Shown here: positions 21,859 to 30,919 of the stretch, one piece after another
How the letters are laid out: every line of letters starts with the position of its first letter
Numbering within the stretch: the first letter of the stretch is position 1
Assembly (NCBI GenBank): GCA_051306005.1
Contig: JBPPMJ010000003.1
Span: 409,144-473,143 of the forward strand
Length of the DNA stretch: 64,000 nt
Reading direction: 5' to 3'
Source: Minisyncoccota bacterium
GTDB taxonomy: Bacteria > Patescibacteriota > Minisyncoccia > Moranbacterales > UBA1568
Notes under the pieces: generated by a model
The model's database searches: none
Told to the model about the DNA's origin: nothing
The model's input: only the letters and a program-made list of their open reading frames with translations
Program-made: the position numbers and the translations under genes

Positions 21859-22617
21859 TTAGCGAATTATATATATCATATTACCACCGATAACCACAAC
21901 CATAAACGTAGTGTTCAACAATGACCTCATATATTCTATCAGAGACTTGTTTTTGGCATACTCCATGCGTTTGGGACCGATAATCGCCAATATTCCGCGC
22001 TCTCCTTCCGTATTCTGATAGGGTGCTACCACCATCGCACAGTTTTTGATACCTTCGATTGGATTTTCATCCCCGATAAAAATCTGCGTTTCTTCATTCG
22101 GCAAATTTGCCATCAGGGTCTCCAATTTCTCATCAAGAGAATCTAATGCCTCTACCAGACGACAGAGTTCATCCATTTCTTGAAATTCCGGATTTTCGAT
22201 AAGCTCACGCATCCCGAAATCATAAAACTCCTCCTTGTCCATAAGACCAGATACCGCAAGATTACCAGACAGTGATGCGAGCAGTTTTGCCGTCGTCCGA
22301 CCAAGGCGCATATGCTTGGCGCGCAACATGAGCAATTCTTTCTGCAAACGTTCCTGATCCTGACGGGACAATGTCTCTTCACCCATCATCTCTCGCACAT
22401 ACATCCGATAACCACTATCCGTTGGAATGCGTCCCGCGGAAACATGTGGCTGATAGAGATAACCCTCTTCTTCTAGAATGACCATGTCACTCCGAAGCGT
22501 CGCTGAACTCACCGGAAAACTGAAGCGCTCAAGCAATGCCTGCGAACCGACCGGCTGAGCAGATTCAGTATAGAGTTCTACGATTGCAGACAATACTTTT
22601 TGTTGGCGAGTGTTCAT
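21859..22617 (-). CDS. hrcA: heat-inducible transcription repressor HrcA (short form)
   Basis: N-terminal wHTH (QQKVLSAIVELYTESAQPVGSQAL) typical of HrcA. It is the first gene of hrcA-grpE-dnaK, and CIRCE lies upstream. Confidence 0.8.
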   Translation of the reverse strand: MNTRQQKVLSAIVELYTESAQPVGSQALLERFSFPVSSATLRSDMVILEEEGYLYQPHVSAGRIPTDSGYRMYVREMMGEETLSRQDQERLQKELLMLRAKHMRLGRTTAKLLASLSGNLAVSGLMDKEEFYDFGMRELIENPEFQEMDELCRLVEALDSLDEKLETLMANLPNEETQIFIGDENPIEGIKNCAMVVAPYQNTEGERGILAIIGPKRMEYAKNKSLIEYMRSLLNTTFMVVVIGGNMIYIIR

Positions 22618-22652
22618 AAACTCCTTAATGATATATTTTTTGCAGTAATTTA

Positions 22653-22681
22653 AGTATAAAAAGAAATTAGCACTCTGTCAA
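22653..22681 (-). promoter_or_regulatory. sigma-70-type promoter overlapping CIRCE (TTGACA-N17-TATACT read on the minus strand)
   Basis: The -35 box lies inside the CIRCE spacer and the -10 just downstream, the classic HrcA-repressed promoter layout. Confidence 0.6.
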
Positions 22682-22693
22682 GAAGAGTGCTAA
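22667..22693. promoter_or_regulatory. CIRCE operator, perfect consensus, upstream of hrcA-grpE-dnaK
   Basis: TTAGCACTC-tgtcaagaa-GAGTGCTAA. Confidence 0.9.
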
Positions 22694-22789
22694 ACTGTTT
22701 TTTAAGCAAAGAAAAAGGCTAGTCGAAAATCGCTAGCCTGATGCGAAGAACGTCTTCACAATTGTCACTTTATTTTTATTCACTTCACC

Positions 22790-23044
22790 TCACTCTAAGC
22801 AACTAAATTGACACACCTTACACACCAAGTCATCCTCCTGCAGGTAGTATCTCGCATCAGAGACAGGCAGTTGACCGCTAGTCCCTGCTTGTAAATTTCG
22901 GTGCAATATCGCCTGTTGACAGAAAACAGTGTGTTTTCTGGTTTCGGGATCCAAAGACCATACATCACCCTTAACCTTGATTGATTCTTTGCGTTTATCA
23001 AACATCTCTCTATACTCCTCAAGAAAAAAAGAGAATAGTGCCAA
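22790..23044 (-). CDS. hypothetical small protein (uncertain)
   Basis: 84-aa ORF downstream of yidD on the same strand with protein-like composition. The overlapping alternative-frame ORF 22795-23157 looks spurious. Confidence 0.25.
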   Translation of the reverse strand: MALFSFFLEEYREMFDKRKESIKVKGDVWSLDPETRKHTVFCQQAILHRNLQAGTSGQLPVSDARYYLQEDDLVCKVCQFSCLE

Positions 23045-23068
23045 AAAATAAAGCCACCTCCCTGGTTG

Positions 23069-23302
23069 TTAAAGCACCGGATCATACCCTCCATCATGCC
23101 ACGGATGGCAACGGAGAATACGTTTGATCCCAAGCAAACTGCCATACGAAATACCATACCGTTCTATGGCCGTATACGTATAGGCGCTACATGTGGGATA
23201 AAAACGACAAAAATGAATACCCGTGACTTTTCCAAGCCACCCATGATCAAAGGACAGTGTCCTTTGATACAATGTAATGAAAAATAGAACAGTCATTTTC
23301 AT
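23069..23302 (-). CDS. yidD: membrane protein insertion efficiency factor YidD
   Basis: ...[19 protein letters not shown]...[20 protein letters not shown]..., the canonical YidD signature. Confidence 0.85.
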   Translation of the reverse strand: MKMTVLFFITLYQRTLSFDHGWLGKVTGIHFCRFYPTCSAYTYTAIERYGISYGSLLGIKRILRCHPWHDGGYDPVL

Positions 23303-23407
23303 ATTACAGAGCATAGTCTTCCCCTGACACTTTGTCAATCAGCAGTTTCATTGATATACTACAAAAAAGAAAACTGTACAATATTATTCGTATTTTGAGC
23401 AAAGAAT

Positions 23408-24316
23408 ATGAACATTATCGAACACAAAAAAATAACTTGGATTGATTTTGAAAACCCTGGAAAAGACGACATTCTTTATCTACAAGAAAATTTTAATATT
23501 CATCCTTTGGCTATTGAGGAACTCATCACGCCGACCTATCAGCCCAAGGTTGTCCAATATGACAGTTGTCTTTTCCTTTCTATCCATATTCCACTCTTTG
23601 ATGTCGAACACCGCACCACATATCCTGGAGAACTAGATATCATTCTCACTCAAGGCCATCTCATCACAAGTCACCGTACCAATATCTATCAACTCACACA
23701 TTTTTTTGCTGATTTACAAAAAAGTGAGGGGAAGCGCCGTCTTTCCTTAGAGGAAACACCAGCCCACCTACTCTATAATCTACTCGAACTCCTTATCAAT
23801 TCCTGTTTTCCTCGCCTCGATCATATCAATAAAAAACTAGATTTCGTAGAGACGCAGGTATTTGCAGAAAAAGAAAAAGAAATGGTTTTTGAGATTTCCG
23901 TTCTCAAACGTGATATCCTCAATTTTCGTCGTACCCTCAAACCACAACGTTCCATTCTAGAATCTATCATCCAAAAGGATCATCCGTTCATTCCAAAAGA
24001 AACAAAACTCTATTTTCAAGATCTCATTGGTACCAATATCCGCCTCTGGAACATTTTGGAAAGTCAAAAAGAAACTATTGAAGCTCTCGAAGCAACAAAT
24101 AATTCCTTGCTTTCTAACAAACTGGACCTTACTATGAAGGTATTGACTATTTTTTCAGCCGTCCTCTTGCCCATGACTGCGTATTCCAACATGCTTGCCA
24201 TGAGCGCCAGAATTCCTTTTGGTAATAGTCCATACGCTTTTTGGATACACGTCAGTTTGATGTTATTGCTTTCCGTTATCACAATGACAGTTTTCAAAGC
24301 AAAGAAATGGCTCTGA
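23408..24316 (+). CDS. CorA-family divalent cation transporter with a non-canonical signature
   Basis: 302 aa with a cytoplasmic N-domain and two C-terminal TM helices ending ...KAKKWL. The position of the conserved YGMNF reads YSNML. Confidence 0.6.
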   Translation: MNIIEHKKITWIDFENPGKDDILYLQENFNIHPLAIEELITPTYQPKVVQYDSCLFLSIHIPLFDVEHRTTYPGELDIILTQGHLITSHRTNIYQLTHFFADLQKSEGKRRLSLEETPAHLLYNLLELLINSCFPRLDHINKKLDFVETQVFAEKEKEMVFEISVLKRDILNFRRTLKPQRSILESIIQKDHPFIPKETKLYFQDLIGTNIRLWNILESQKETIEALEATNNSLLSNKLDLTMKVLTIFSAVLLPMTAYSNMLAMSARIPFGNSPYAFWIHVSLMLLLSVITMTVFKAKKWL

Positions 24317-24364
24317 AATACTGAACTAAGTATCCATGCTTACCATATCTCTGTCTTTATGTTT

Positions 24365-25774
24365 ATGTATCTCTATAACACACTTACCAAAAACAAAGAA
24401 GAATTCATACCGCTTCATCCAGGGAAAGTGGGCATGTATTCTTGTGGTCCCACCGTCTATAACTATATCCATATTGGTAATATTCGTGCTTTTGTTTTCG
24501 CCGACACTGTCCGACGTACCCTAGAAGATGTCGGGTATGAGGTCCGTTTAATCAAAAACATTACCGATGTCGGACACATGACCGCCGACGATATCGCGCA
24601 GGGAGACGGTGGAGAGGACAAGGTAGCCAAAAAAGCTCGTGAGGAACACAAGACTCCCGAAGAAATTGCGCTTTTTTTTGAAGATTATTTCCATCGAACT
24701 GAAGAAAAGATGAATATTTTGCCGGCACACTATTTCCCTCGGGCAACCGCACATATTCCACAGATGATCAAACTCATCACCGAGCTCATTGCCAAGGGTC
24801 ATGCTTATACGGTCAATGGCAATGTTTTTCTTGATGTCACAACATTTCCTGATTATGGCCGGCTTTCTGGCAACACACTCAAAAAACTCAAAGTGGGTGC
24901 ACGTCTAGAAGAACATCCAGACAAACGCCATCCTTGGGATTTCGCCTTATGGCTCAAAGCGCCAGTGAGTCATTTGATGCACTGGCCATCACCTTGGAGC
25001 GAAGGCTACCCCGGCTGGCATATCGAATGCAGTGCCATGAGTATGGAATATTTGGGTACCACACTCGATATTCATACCGGAGGAGAGGACAATATTTTTC
25101 CCCATCACGAAGCGGAAATCGTCCAATCAGAAGGCGTGACTGAACAGCCATTCACTCACTATTTCTTACACAGTCGACACATGCTGGCAGACGGTATCAA
25201 AATGTCCAAATCAAAAGGCAATTTTTATACATTAGAAAATATTCTGGAACGCGGATTCACAGCCATGGATTTTCGTCTTACTCTTCTAGGCTCTCACTAC
25301 CGCAGTCAAATGAATTTTACTTGGGAAAGTATCGAGCAAGGAAAAAAGAACAAAGAGACATTGCTGAGAACCTACGAACGTATTTCTTTGAACGCTGTTA
25401 ATGATCCAAACGGCTTTGATGGTACCGTCTTTCTTGAACGTATCCGTTCCGCCATTCGTGACGACTTCAACACACCCGAGGCTCTGGCTATCGCACTAGA
25501 ACTTGCTCGTCACAGCAATGTACTCATGGATACACAGACACTCATACAGACAACAGCCCTTCAGAGTATTTTTGAAAAAATATTCTTTCTGCTCGGATTG
25601 GTTACTGATTTTGCTGAGGTCATTCCTGCTGATATAGAAGCATTAGCTCAAGAGAGACACAAGGCCCGTGAAGACAAAAATTTCCAAGAGTCTGATCGTG
25701 TGCGATCCCTTTTGGAAACACGAGGGTACTATATCGAAGATATAACTGACGGCTACCGCGTGCGAAAAATATAG
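24365..25774 (+). CDS. cysS: cysteinyl-tRNA synthetase
   Basis: HIGN class I motif, KMSKSKGN, and Zn-binding Cys (MYSCGPTVY...). Confidence 0.93.
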   Translation: MYLYNTLTKNKEEFIPLHPGKVGMYSCGPTVYNYIHIGNIRAFVFADTVRRTLEDVGYEVRLIKNITDVGHMTADDIAQGDGGEDKVAKKAREEHKTPEEIALFFEDYFHRTEEKMNILPAHYFPRATAHIPQMIKLITELIAKGHAYTVNGNVFLDVTTFPDYGRLSGNTLKKLKVGARLEEHPDKRHPWDFALWLKAPVSHLMHWPSPWSEGYPGWHIECSAMSMEYLGTTLDIHTGGEDNIFPHHEAEIVQSEGVTEQPFTHYFLHSRHMLADGIKMSKSKGNFYTLENILERGFTAMDFRLTLLGSHYRSQMNFTWESIEQGKKNKETLLRTYERISLNAVNDPNGFDGTVFLERIRSAIRDDFNTPEALAIALELARHSNVLMDTQTLIQTTALQSIFEKIFFLLGLVTDFAEVIPADIEALAQERHKAREDKNFQESDRVRSLLETRGYYIEDITDGYRVRKI

Positions 25775-25857
25775 ATTTGGTATTTTTTATTATACCATAT
25801 TTTTGTATTTTGTCTATTATTTGAGTTGTAAGGAAAAAACAGCTATACTACATACCT

Positions 25858-27222
25858 ATGGCATCAAAAACCGAACACCTGCGCATCCCTCCACACAATC
25901 TCGAAGCCGAAACCTCGGTTCTTGGTTCTTTGATGCTGGACAAAGACGCAATCATCAAAGTAGCAGATATTCTCAAGGTTGGTGATTTTTATAAAGATGA
26001 TCACAATCTCATCTATGAGGTTATGCTCACACTCTATGAAGATCGTGAGCCTATAGATGTCTTGTCACTAGCCAATAAACTCGAAGAAAAAGCACAACTA
26101 GAACGAGTGGGTGGATCCAGCTATCTTGCATCTCTCGTCAATTCGGTTCCTTCTGCCACCAACGTGGCACACTATGCCAAAGTTGTTCAAAAGAAAGCCT
26201 TGCTGCGTCGCCTCATTAGTGCGGCAAGTGATATCGTCGAGCTCGGATATGACGCTTCGGAAGATGTTCAGAAATTGCTTGATGAAGCAGAACAAAAGAT
26301 CTTTGCTGTTTCTCAAAAATATATCAAACAGGATTTTGTGCCTATCAAATCAATTCTAGAAACTGCTTTCAACCGCATAGATGAACTCCATAAAAGTGAT
26401 CACACTTTTCGCGGAGTGCAGACATTCTTTCCTGATCTGGATGGGCTGTTAGCTGGTTTACAGAAATCTGATCTTATTATTCTTGCGGCTCGCCCTTCTA
26501 TTGGTAAAACAACATTTGCGCTCGACATCGCGAGACAGGTGGGTATTCATGGAAAAGTGCCAGTCGGTATCTTTTCTCTTGAAATGGGATCAGACCAATT
26601 GGTAGATCGCATGATTGCTTCACAAGCAAGCGTTGATCTCTGGAAGCTCCGCACGGGTAAACTTTCCAGCGAAGGACTAAACAATGACTTCGAACGAATC
26701 TCCGATGCCATGGGAGTGTTATCCGAAGCACCAATTTTCATTGATGATTCCGGATCATTAAACATTATGGAAATGCGTACGATGGCGCGCCGTCTCCAGG
26801 CCGAACATAATCTTGGATTGATCATTGTCGATTATCTTCAATTGATGGAAGGACGCGGTAGCCGATATGGAGGTGATAATCGTGTTCAAGAAATTTCCGA
26901 AATTTCCCGCGGACTCAAACAACTTGCTCGTGAACTCAATATTCCTGTCATCGCACTCTCACAGCTCTCTCGTGCCGTCGAATCCCGCCCTGATCAACTA
27001 CCGAAACTTTCTGATTTGCGTGAATCTGGTTCCATCGAACAAGATGCTGATGTCGTAATGTTTCTCTATCGTGAAGACCGTGTTAAACCAGATACACCCA
27101 ATAAAAATATTGCCGATGTCATTGTAGCCAAACATCGTAACGGACCAGTTGGCAAGATTCAATTGTATTTTGATGAGAACTCAACGACGTTCAAATCGCT
27201 CGAAAAAATCCATAACAATTAG
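25858..27222 (+). CDS. dnaB: replicative DNA helicase DnaB
   Basis: N-terminal DnaB domain (PPHNLEAETSVLGSLM), Walker A ARPSIGKTTFAL, and RecA-like fold motifs. Confidence 0.93.
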   Translation: MASKTEHLRIPPHNLEAETSVLGSLMLDKDAIIKVADILKVGDFYKDDHNLIYEVMLTLYEDREPIDVLSLANKLEEKAQLERVGGSSYLASLVNSVPSATNVAHYAKVVQKKALLRRLISAASDIVELGYDASEDVQKLLDEAEQKIFAVSQKYIKQDFVPIKSILETAFNRIDELHKSDHTFRGVQTFFPDLDGLLAGLQKSDLIILAARPSIGKTTFALDIARQVGIHGKVPVGIFSLEMGSDQLVDRMIASQASVDLWKLRTGKLSSEGLNNDFERISDAMGVLSEAPIFIDDSGSLNIMEMRTMARRLQAEHNLGLIIVDYLQLMEGRGSRYGGDNRVQEISEISRGLKQLARELNIPVIALSQLSRAVESRPDQLPKLSDLRESGSIEQDADVVMFLYREDRVKPDTPNKNIADVIVAKHRNGPVGKIQLYFDENSTTFKSLEKIHNN

Positions 27223-27271
27223 GGTATTTCTGTCACAAAAAAATTGTTGTTTGTCAGAAAGAGAGAAACAT

Positions 27272-27868
27272 ATGCAATATCCGAAAGTATTTCAATCACT
27301 CATCGCTCATTTTTCCGCACTGCCATCAGTAGGACCAAAAATGGCAGAACGCATCGTTCTCTATCTTTTCAAACAAAATCCCGAAGTGCTACAAAGTTTT
27401 GCGGATAGTCTCGAAGAACTTCCACGTCTCAAGAGTTGCCAACGCTGTTTTCATATTGCAGAAGATACGCTGTGTAGTATCTGTCATGAAAATAAACGTA
27501 TCCAGCATACACTTTGTGTTGTCGAGGAACCATTAGATGTCATCGCCATTGAACGGACGCATGCGTATCAAGGACTCTATCATGTCTTGGGAGGACTTCT
27601 CGAAAGTGGAAAAAGTGACAATAGCCAGACACTACATATTACTGAGCTCCTGAAACGTGTCGAAATAGACGCGATACAAGAAGTCATCCTTGCAACCAAT
27701 CCGACTACAGAAGGCGATCTCACTGCTCTCTATCTCAAGAAAAAATTAGAGCCATACTCTATCAAGGTTACGCGCATCGGACGTGGACTCGCAACAGGCG
27801 GAGATATAGAATATGCCGATGATATGACGCTCATCGCTTCATTGACAAATCGCACAGACTTGCTATAA
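27272..27868 (+). CDS. recR: recombination protein RecR
   Basis: HhH (LPSVGPKMAERI), a C4 zinc finger (CQRCFHIAEDTLCSIC), and Toprim. The start is at ATG 27272, 49 nt after the dnaB stop. The ORF-track start at 27149 is an over-extension. Confidence 0.9.
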   Translation: MQYPKVFQSLIAHFSALPSVGPKMAERIVLYLFKQNPEVLQSFADSLEELPRLKSCQRCFHIAEDTLCSICHENKRIQHTLCVVEEPLDVIAIERTHAYQGLYHVLGGLLESGKSDNSQTLHITELLKRVEIDAIQEVILATNPTTEGDLTALYLKKKLEPYSIKVTRIGRGLATGGDIEYADDMTLIASLTNRTDLL

Positions 27869-27869
27869 T
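27842..27869 (+). promoter_or_regulatory. consensus sigma-70 promoter TTGACA-N16-TATAAT with an extended -10 (TGc)
   Basis: ttgaca at 27842-47 and tgcTATAAT at 27861-69. It lies inside the recR 3' end, 40 nt upstream of the small ORF. Confidence 0.65.
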
Positions 27870-27908
27870 ATAAAGGCCGTTACGATACAATCCGAAAAGG
27901 AGGATTTC

Positions 27909-28085
27909 ATGGCTACTTCACAACTTGATGATTTTTCCTGTGCATTTAAAAATCAGGAAGGATATCCTGATTTTGAGAATGATGAAGATCGGGAATGGGA
28001 ATGGCTTGAAAACCATGGGAATCCCTATGCATTGAATACTGATGGAGGCTTTAAAGTCTCCGATATTTTTGAGAAGGATCAGTAG
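27909..28085 (+). CDS. small acidic hypothetical protein (58 aa), below the 60-aa cutoff of the ORF track
   Basis: Perfect SD aaaggagga 4 nt before the ATG. It has its own promoter upstream and a terminator downstream. Translation: MATSQLDDFSCAFKNQEGYPDFENDEDREWEWLENHGNPYALNTDGGFKVSDIFEKDQ. Confidence 0.55.
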   Translation: MATSQLDDFSCAFKNQEGYPDFENDEDREWEWLENHGNPYALNTDGGFKVSDIFEKDQ

Positions 28086-28136
28086 GCACGGTCAATGCGC
28101 AATCTTTATACTCAAACCATATCTTCAGTTCTTCAA

Positions 28137-28172
28137 CCACACAAACGCCAATGGCATTTGTGTGGTTTTCTT
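28137..28172 (+). terminator. rho-independent terminator
   Basis: Stem ccacacaaacgcca / tggcatttgtgtgg followed by ttttcttatttcttttttt. Confidence 0.8.
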
Positions 28173-28264
28173 ATTTCTTTTTTTCTTATCCTATTTATAT
28201 ATTATAAACAAAAATCCCTCTTTTAAGGAGAGATTTTGCTCAAAAAGCCGAAGAGAGGAGGAGG

Positions 28265-28576
28265 TTATTTAACAGCAATTTTCTCAATCTGTACTTCTGT
28301 GTAATGTTGGCGGTGTCCATAGCGCACCAGATAACGCTTCTTGGCCTTGTGTTTGATACCAGAAACCTTTTTGGTACGTTCATGTGCCACAATTTTTCCT
28401 TCTACGAGAGCAGTTTCCAAAACAGGTGTGCCAATATGTACACCCTTTTCATCACCAATAAACAATGTTTCAAAACGCACTACCGTTCCGATTTCATCAG
28501 AAAGCTTCTCTATCTTGATTTTTTGACCCTCGGATACTTTATACTGTTTCCCGCCAGTTTTGATAATTGCAATCAT
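28265..28576 (-). CDS. rplU: 50S ribosomal protein L21
   Basis: MIAIIKTGGKQYKVSEGQKIKIEKL..., the canonical L21 N-terminus. The start was set at the internal Met. Confidence 0.9.
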   Translation of the reverse strand: MIAIIKTGGKQYKVSEGQKIKIEKLSDEIGTVVRFETLFIGDEKGVHIGTPVLETALVEGKIVAHERTKKVSGIKHKAKKRYLVRYGHRQHYTEVQIEKIAVK

Positions 28577-28644
28577 ACGTTCATTCACAGTCCATTTATA
28601 CGTTTCTTTAGTGTAGCGGATGCAGACGATACTGTCAAACGAGC

Positions 28645-30537
28645 TCACCCTTTCTCTGCAACATCAGCCTCTTCCAAAATAGCCTTTATTCTTCTGATAC
28701 CCCCTGATGAAGCTTCCTCTTTAAGGATTCTAAAATGTCCCAAATCACCCGTACTGGTCACATGAGGTCCACCACAAAACTCCAGACTGAATTCACCAAT
28801 CTTATAGACTCGAACACGATCTCCATATTTTTCTTCAAATAATCCAATCGCTCCACGTTTTTCCGCTTCTGCTAATGGAAGATCTATGTAACTCACGGGT
28901 AATTTCTCGGAAATTTTCTGATTCACGAGCGCTTCCACGGCAGATTTTTCCGCGTCAGTCATTTTGGTAGGATGTGAAAAATCAAAACGCAAACGTTCTG
29001 GTGTAATATTGCTCCCTTTTTGAAAAACATGGCTTCCCAATACTGTACGCAATGCTTGTTGCAGAAGATGCGTAGCAGTATGATATTTCACTGACATCGC
29101 ACTTGTATCTGCCAGGCCACCTTTGAACTTACCTTGACTCGCAGTGCGTGATAATGCTTGATGCTTCGTGAATTCCTCTTGAAACACTTGTATGTCAAAT
29201 GATAGTCCTCTTTCTTGTGCGATTTCCTGAGTCATTTCCAGAGGAAATCCATACGTCGTAAACAATTCAAAAGCATCTTTTCCGGAAAAAACTCCAGACA
29301 AACACCGTTTCTCCAATTCTCGCATTCCACGTGTCAATGTTTCACGAAACTTCACTTCTTCAGCATCGATAATTGCGGTAATTTCTGAAACTTTTTCTCC
29401 TAACATAGGGAAAACTCCCCGATATTGCTCCACCACGGCCATCGTCAATACCACCAAAGATCTGGGATCAGTAATCGCTAAAGTGTCGGCAAAACGCACT
29501 GCTCGACGAAGTAAGCGTCGTAATACGTATCCTTGATCAGCATTGCTTGGTCGAACACCATCAGACACCAGAAAAACACCCGCACGTATATGATCCATCA
29601 CCACTCGAAAAGCGTAGGTGTATTGAGGGTTTTCCCCATACCGTTTCCCTGATAATGTCTCAATACTTTGACGTAATTGCATAAAAAGAGGTCCAGAAAA
29701 TATATCTGGATTATCCTGGACAGCAGCCATCATACGCTCCAGACCGCCACCAAAATCGACATTTTTCTGAATCAAACGTTCAAAACCAGCATCGGTTTTA
29801 CGATATTCCATAAACACATTGTTGCCTATTTCCATAAAACGTCCACAATCGCAATTCACATGACACGGACTTTCCCGCCAAACAGAATTTTCATGAAATG
29901 CTCTATCTAAACCAAAATCCCAGAACATTTCTGTATCTGGGCCACCTGGTTCACCTACTGGCATATTGGTAGGAACACCAGATCGACTCCACCAATTTTT
30001 GGATTCAGGATAATAAAAAATATGTTCTTCTGGACGGATACCTTCTTCCAAAGGGTGCAAACCAATCCGTACTTCCATCCCCCGTTTAGCAAATAATGCT
30101 TGCCACAAATCAGCCGACTCAGTATCACGTGGAATATCAAGAAGTTCATTTCCCTGAAAACAGGTAAAATACAAACGATGCGGATCTAGTTTGAGCGTTT
30201 CAGTCAAGAAAGTCCACATCCAAGTTATTTGTTCTTTTTTGAAATAATCTCCAAAGGACCAATTACCAAGCATTTCAAAAAATGTAGTGTGACGATTATC
30301 TCCCACTTCTTCCATATCTTGTGCACGAACACATTTTTGAGTATTCGCAATGCGTGTACCCAACGGATGCGGTGCACCCAAAAGGTACGGGATAATGGGT
30401 TGCATTCCGGAGCCAGTAAAGAGTGTCGTAGGATCATTTTCAGGCACCAAAGAAGCTGAAGGCACTACTATATGCCCTTTTTTTTGAAAAAAATCAAGGT
30501 ATTTCTGTCGCACACTTTGGACTATGTCAGTTCGCAT
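28645..30537 (-). CDS. alaS: alanyl-tRNA synthetase, truncated form (630 aa) lacking the C-terminal C-Ala/oligomerisation region
   Basis: Class II catalytic core and tRNA-recognition regions (...FTGSGMQP..., ...WSFGDYFK...), plus an editing-domain HxxxH-like region. The length is much shorter than the ~870-aa canonical AlaRS. Confidence 0.85.
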   Translation of the reverse strand: MRTDIVQSVRQKYLDFFQKKGHIVVPSASLVPENDPTTLFTGSGMQPIIPYLLGAPHPLGTRIANTQKCVRAQDMEEVGDNRHTTFFEMLGNWSFGDYFKKEQITWMWTFLTETLKLDPHRLYFTCFQGNELLDIPRDTESADLWQALFAKRGMEVRIGLHPLEEGIRPEEHIFYYPESKNWWSRSGVPTNMPVGEPGGPDTEMFWDFGLDRAFHENSVWRESPCHVNCDCGRFMEIGNNVFMEYRKTDAGFERLIQKNVDFGGGLERMMAAVQDNPDIFSGPLFMQLRQSIETLSGKRYGENPQYTYAFRVVMDHIRAGVFLVSDGVRPSNADQGYVLRRLLRRAVRFADTLAITDPRSLVVLTMAVVEQYRGVFPMLGEKVSEITAIIDAEEVKFRETLTRGMRELEKRCLSGVFSGKDAFELFTTYGFPLEMTQEIAQERGLSFDIQVFQEEFTKHQALSRTASQGKFKGGLADTSAMSVKYHTATHLLQQALRTVLGSHVFQKGSNITPERLRFDFSHPTKMTDAEKSAVEALVNQKISEKLPVSYIDLPLAEAEKRGAIGLFEEKYGDRVRVYKIGEFSLEFCGGPHVTSTGDLGHFRILKEEASSGGIRRIKAILEEADVAEKG

Positions 30538-30589
30538 ACTCAGAGAGAGGAATAATACATTAAATGGTTTTGTTGATAATAATGGTTCT

Positions 30590-30862
30590 TTAGAGTGTAT
30601 TCATCGCCTTTTTGGTGTGTGCAATCATCTCATCTAGACGTTCGATCTCTTTGCTCACCTGATGTTCTTCAGTTGTTTTGTCTTCAATGTTCGTTTTGAG
30701 ATGTTCGATTGTTAGGTGAAGGCGTCGTAATTCCGCTATCAAGTCAACTTGTTTGTGCATAAGGCGATTCCTGTCACTTTGCACACTCAAAAGATCCAAT
30801 TGTGCTCGTCGCACTTTTGCTTGATGCAAGGCCTTTTCTTCATTCGTCAACCCATAGTCCAT
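30590..30862 (-). CDS. small coiled-coil protein (ZapB-like?)
   Basis: 90 aa with heptad-rich, all-helical predicted composition. It sits downstream of the ftsA-like cluster. Confidence 0.4.
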   Translation of the reverse strand: MDYGLTNEEKALHQAKVRRAQLDLLSVQSDRNRLMHKQVDLIAELRRLHLTIEHLKTNIEDKTTEEHQVSKEIERLDEMIAHTKKAMNTL

Positions 30863-30919
30863 ACGACTTTATGTCAAAACAATATTCAGAATAACACACT
30901 AATTGGCTACAAGAAAACA

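Noticed and set aside
22795-23157. 120-aa minus-strand ORF
   Set aside because: It overlaps yidD in another frame and has an implausible Cys/Arg-rich composition, so the 84-aa ORF 22790-23044 was kept instead at low confidence.
27149-27271. ORF-track start of recR at 27149, overlapping the dnaB 3' end by 74 nt
   Set aside because: The RecR homology begins at MQYPKV (ATG 27272), and the upstream extension has no similarity and would disrupt the dnaB stop context.
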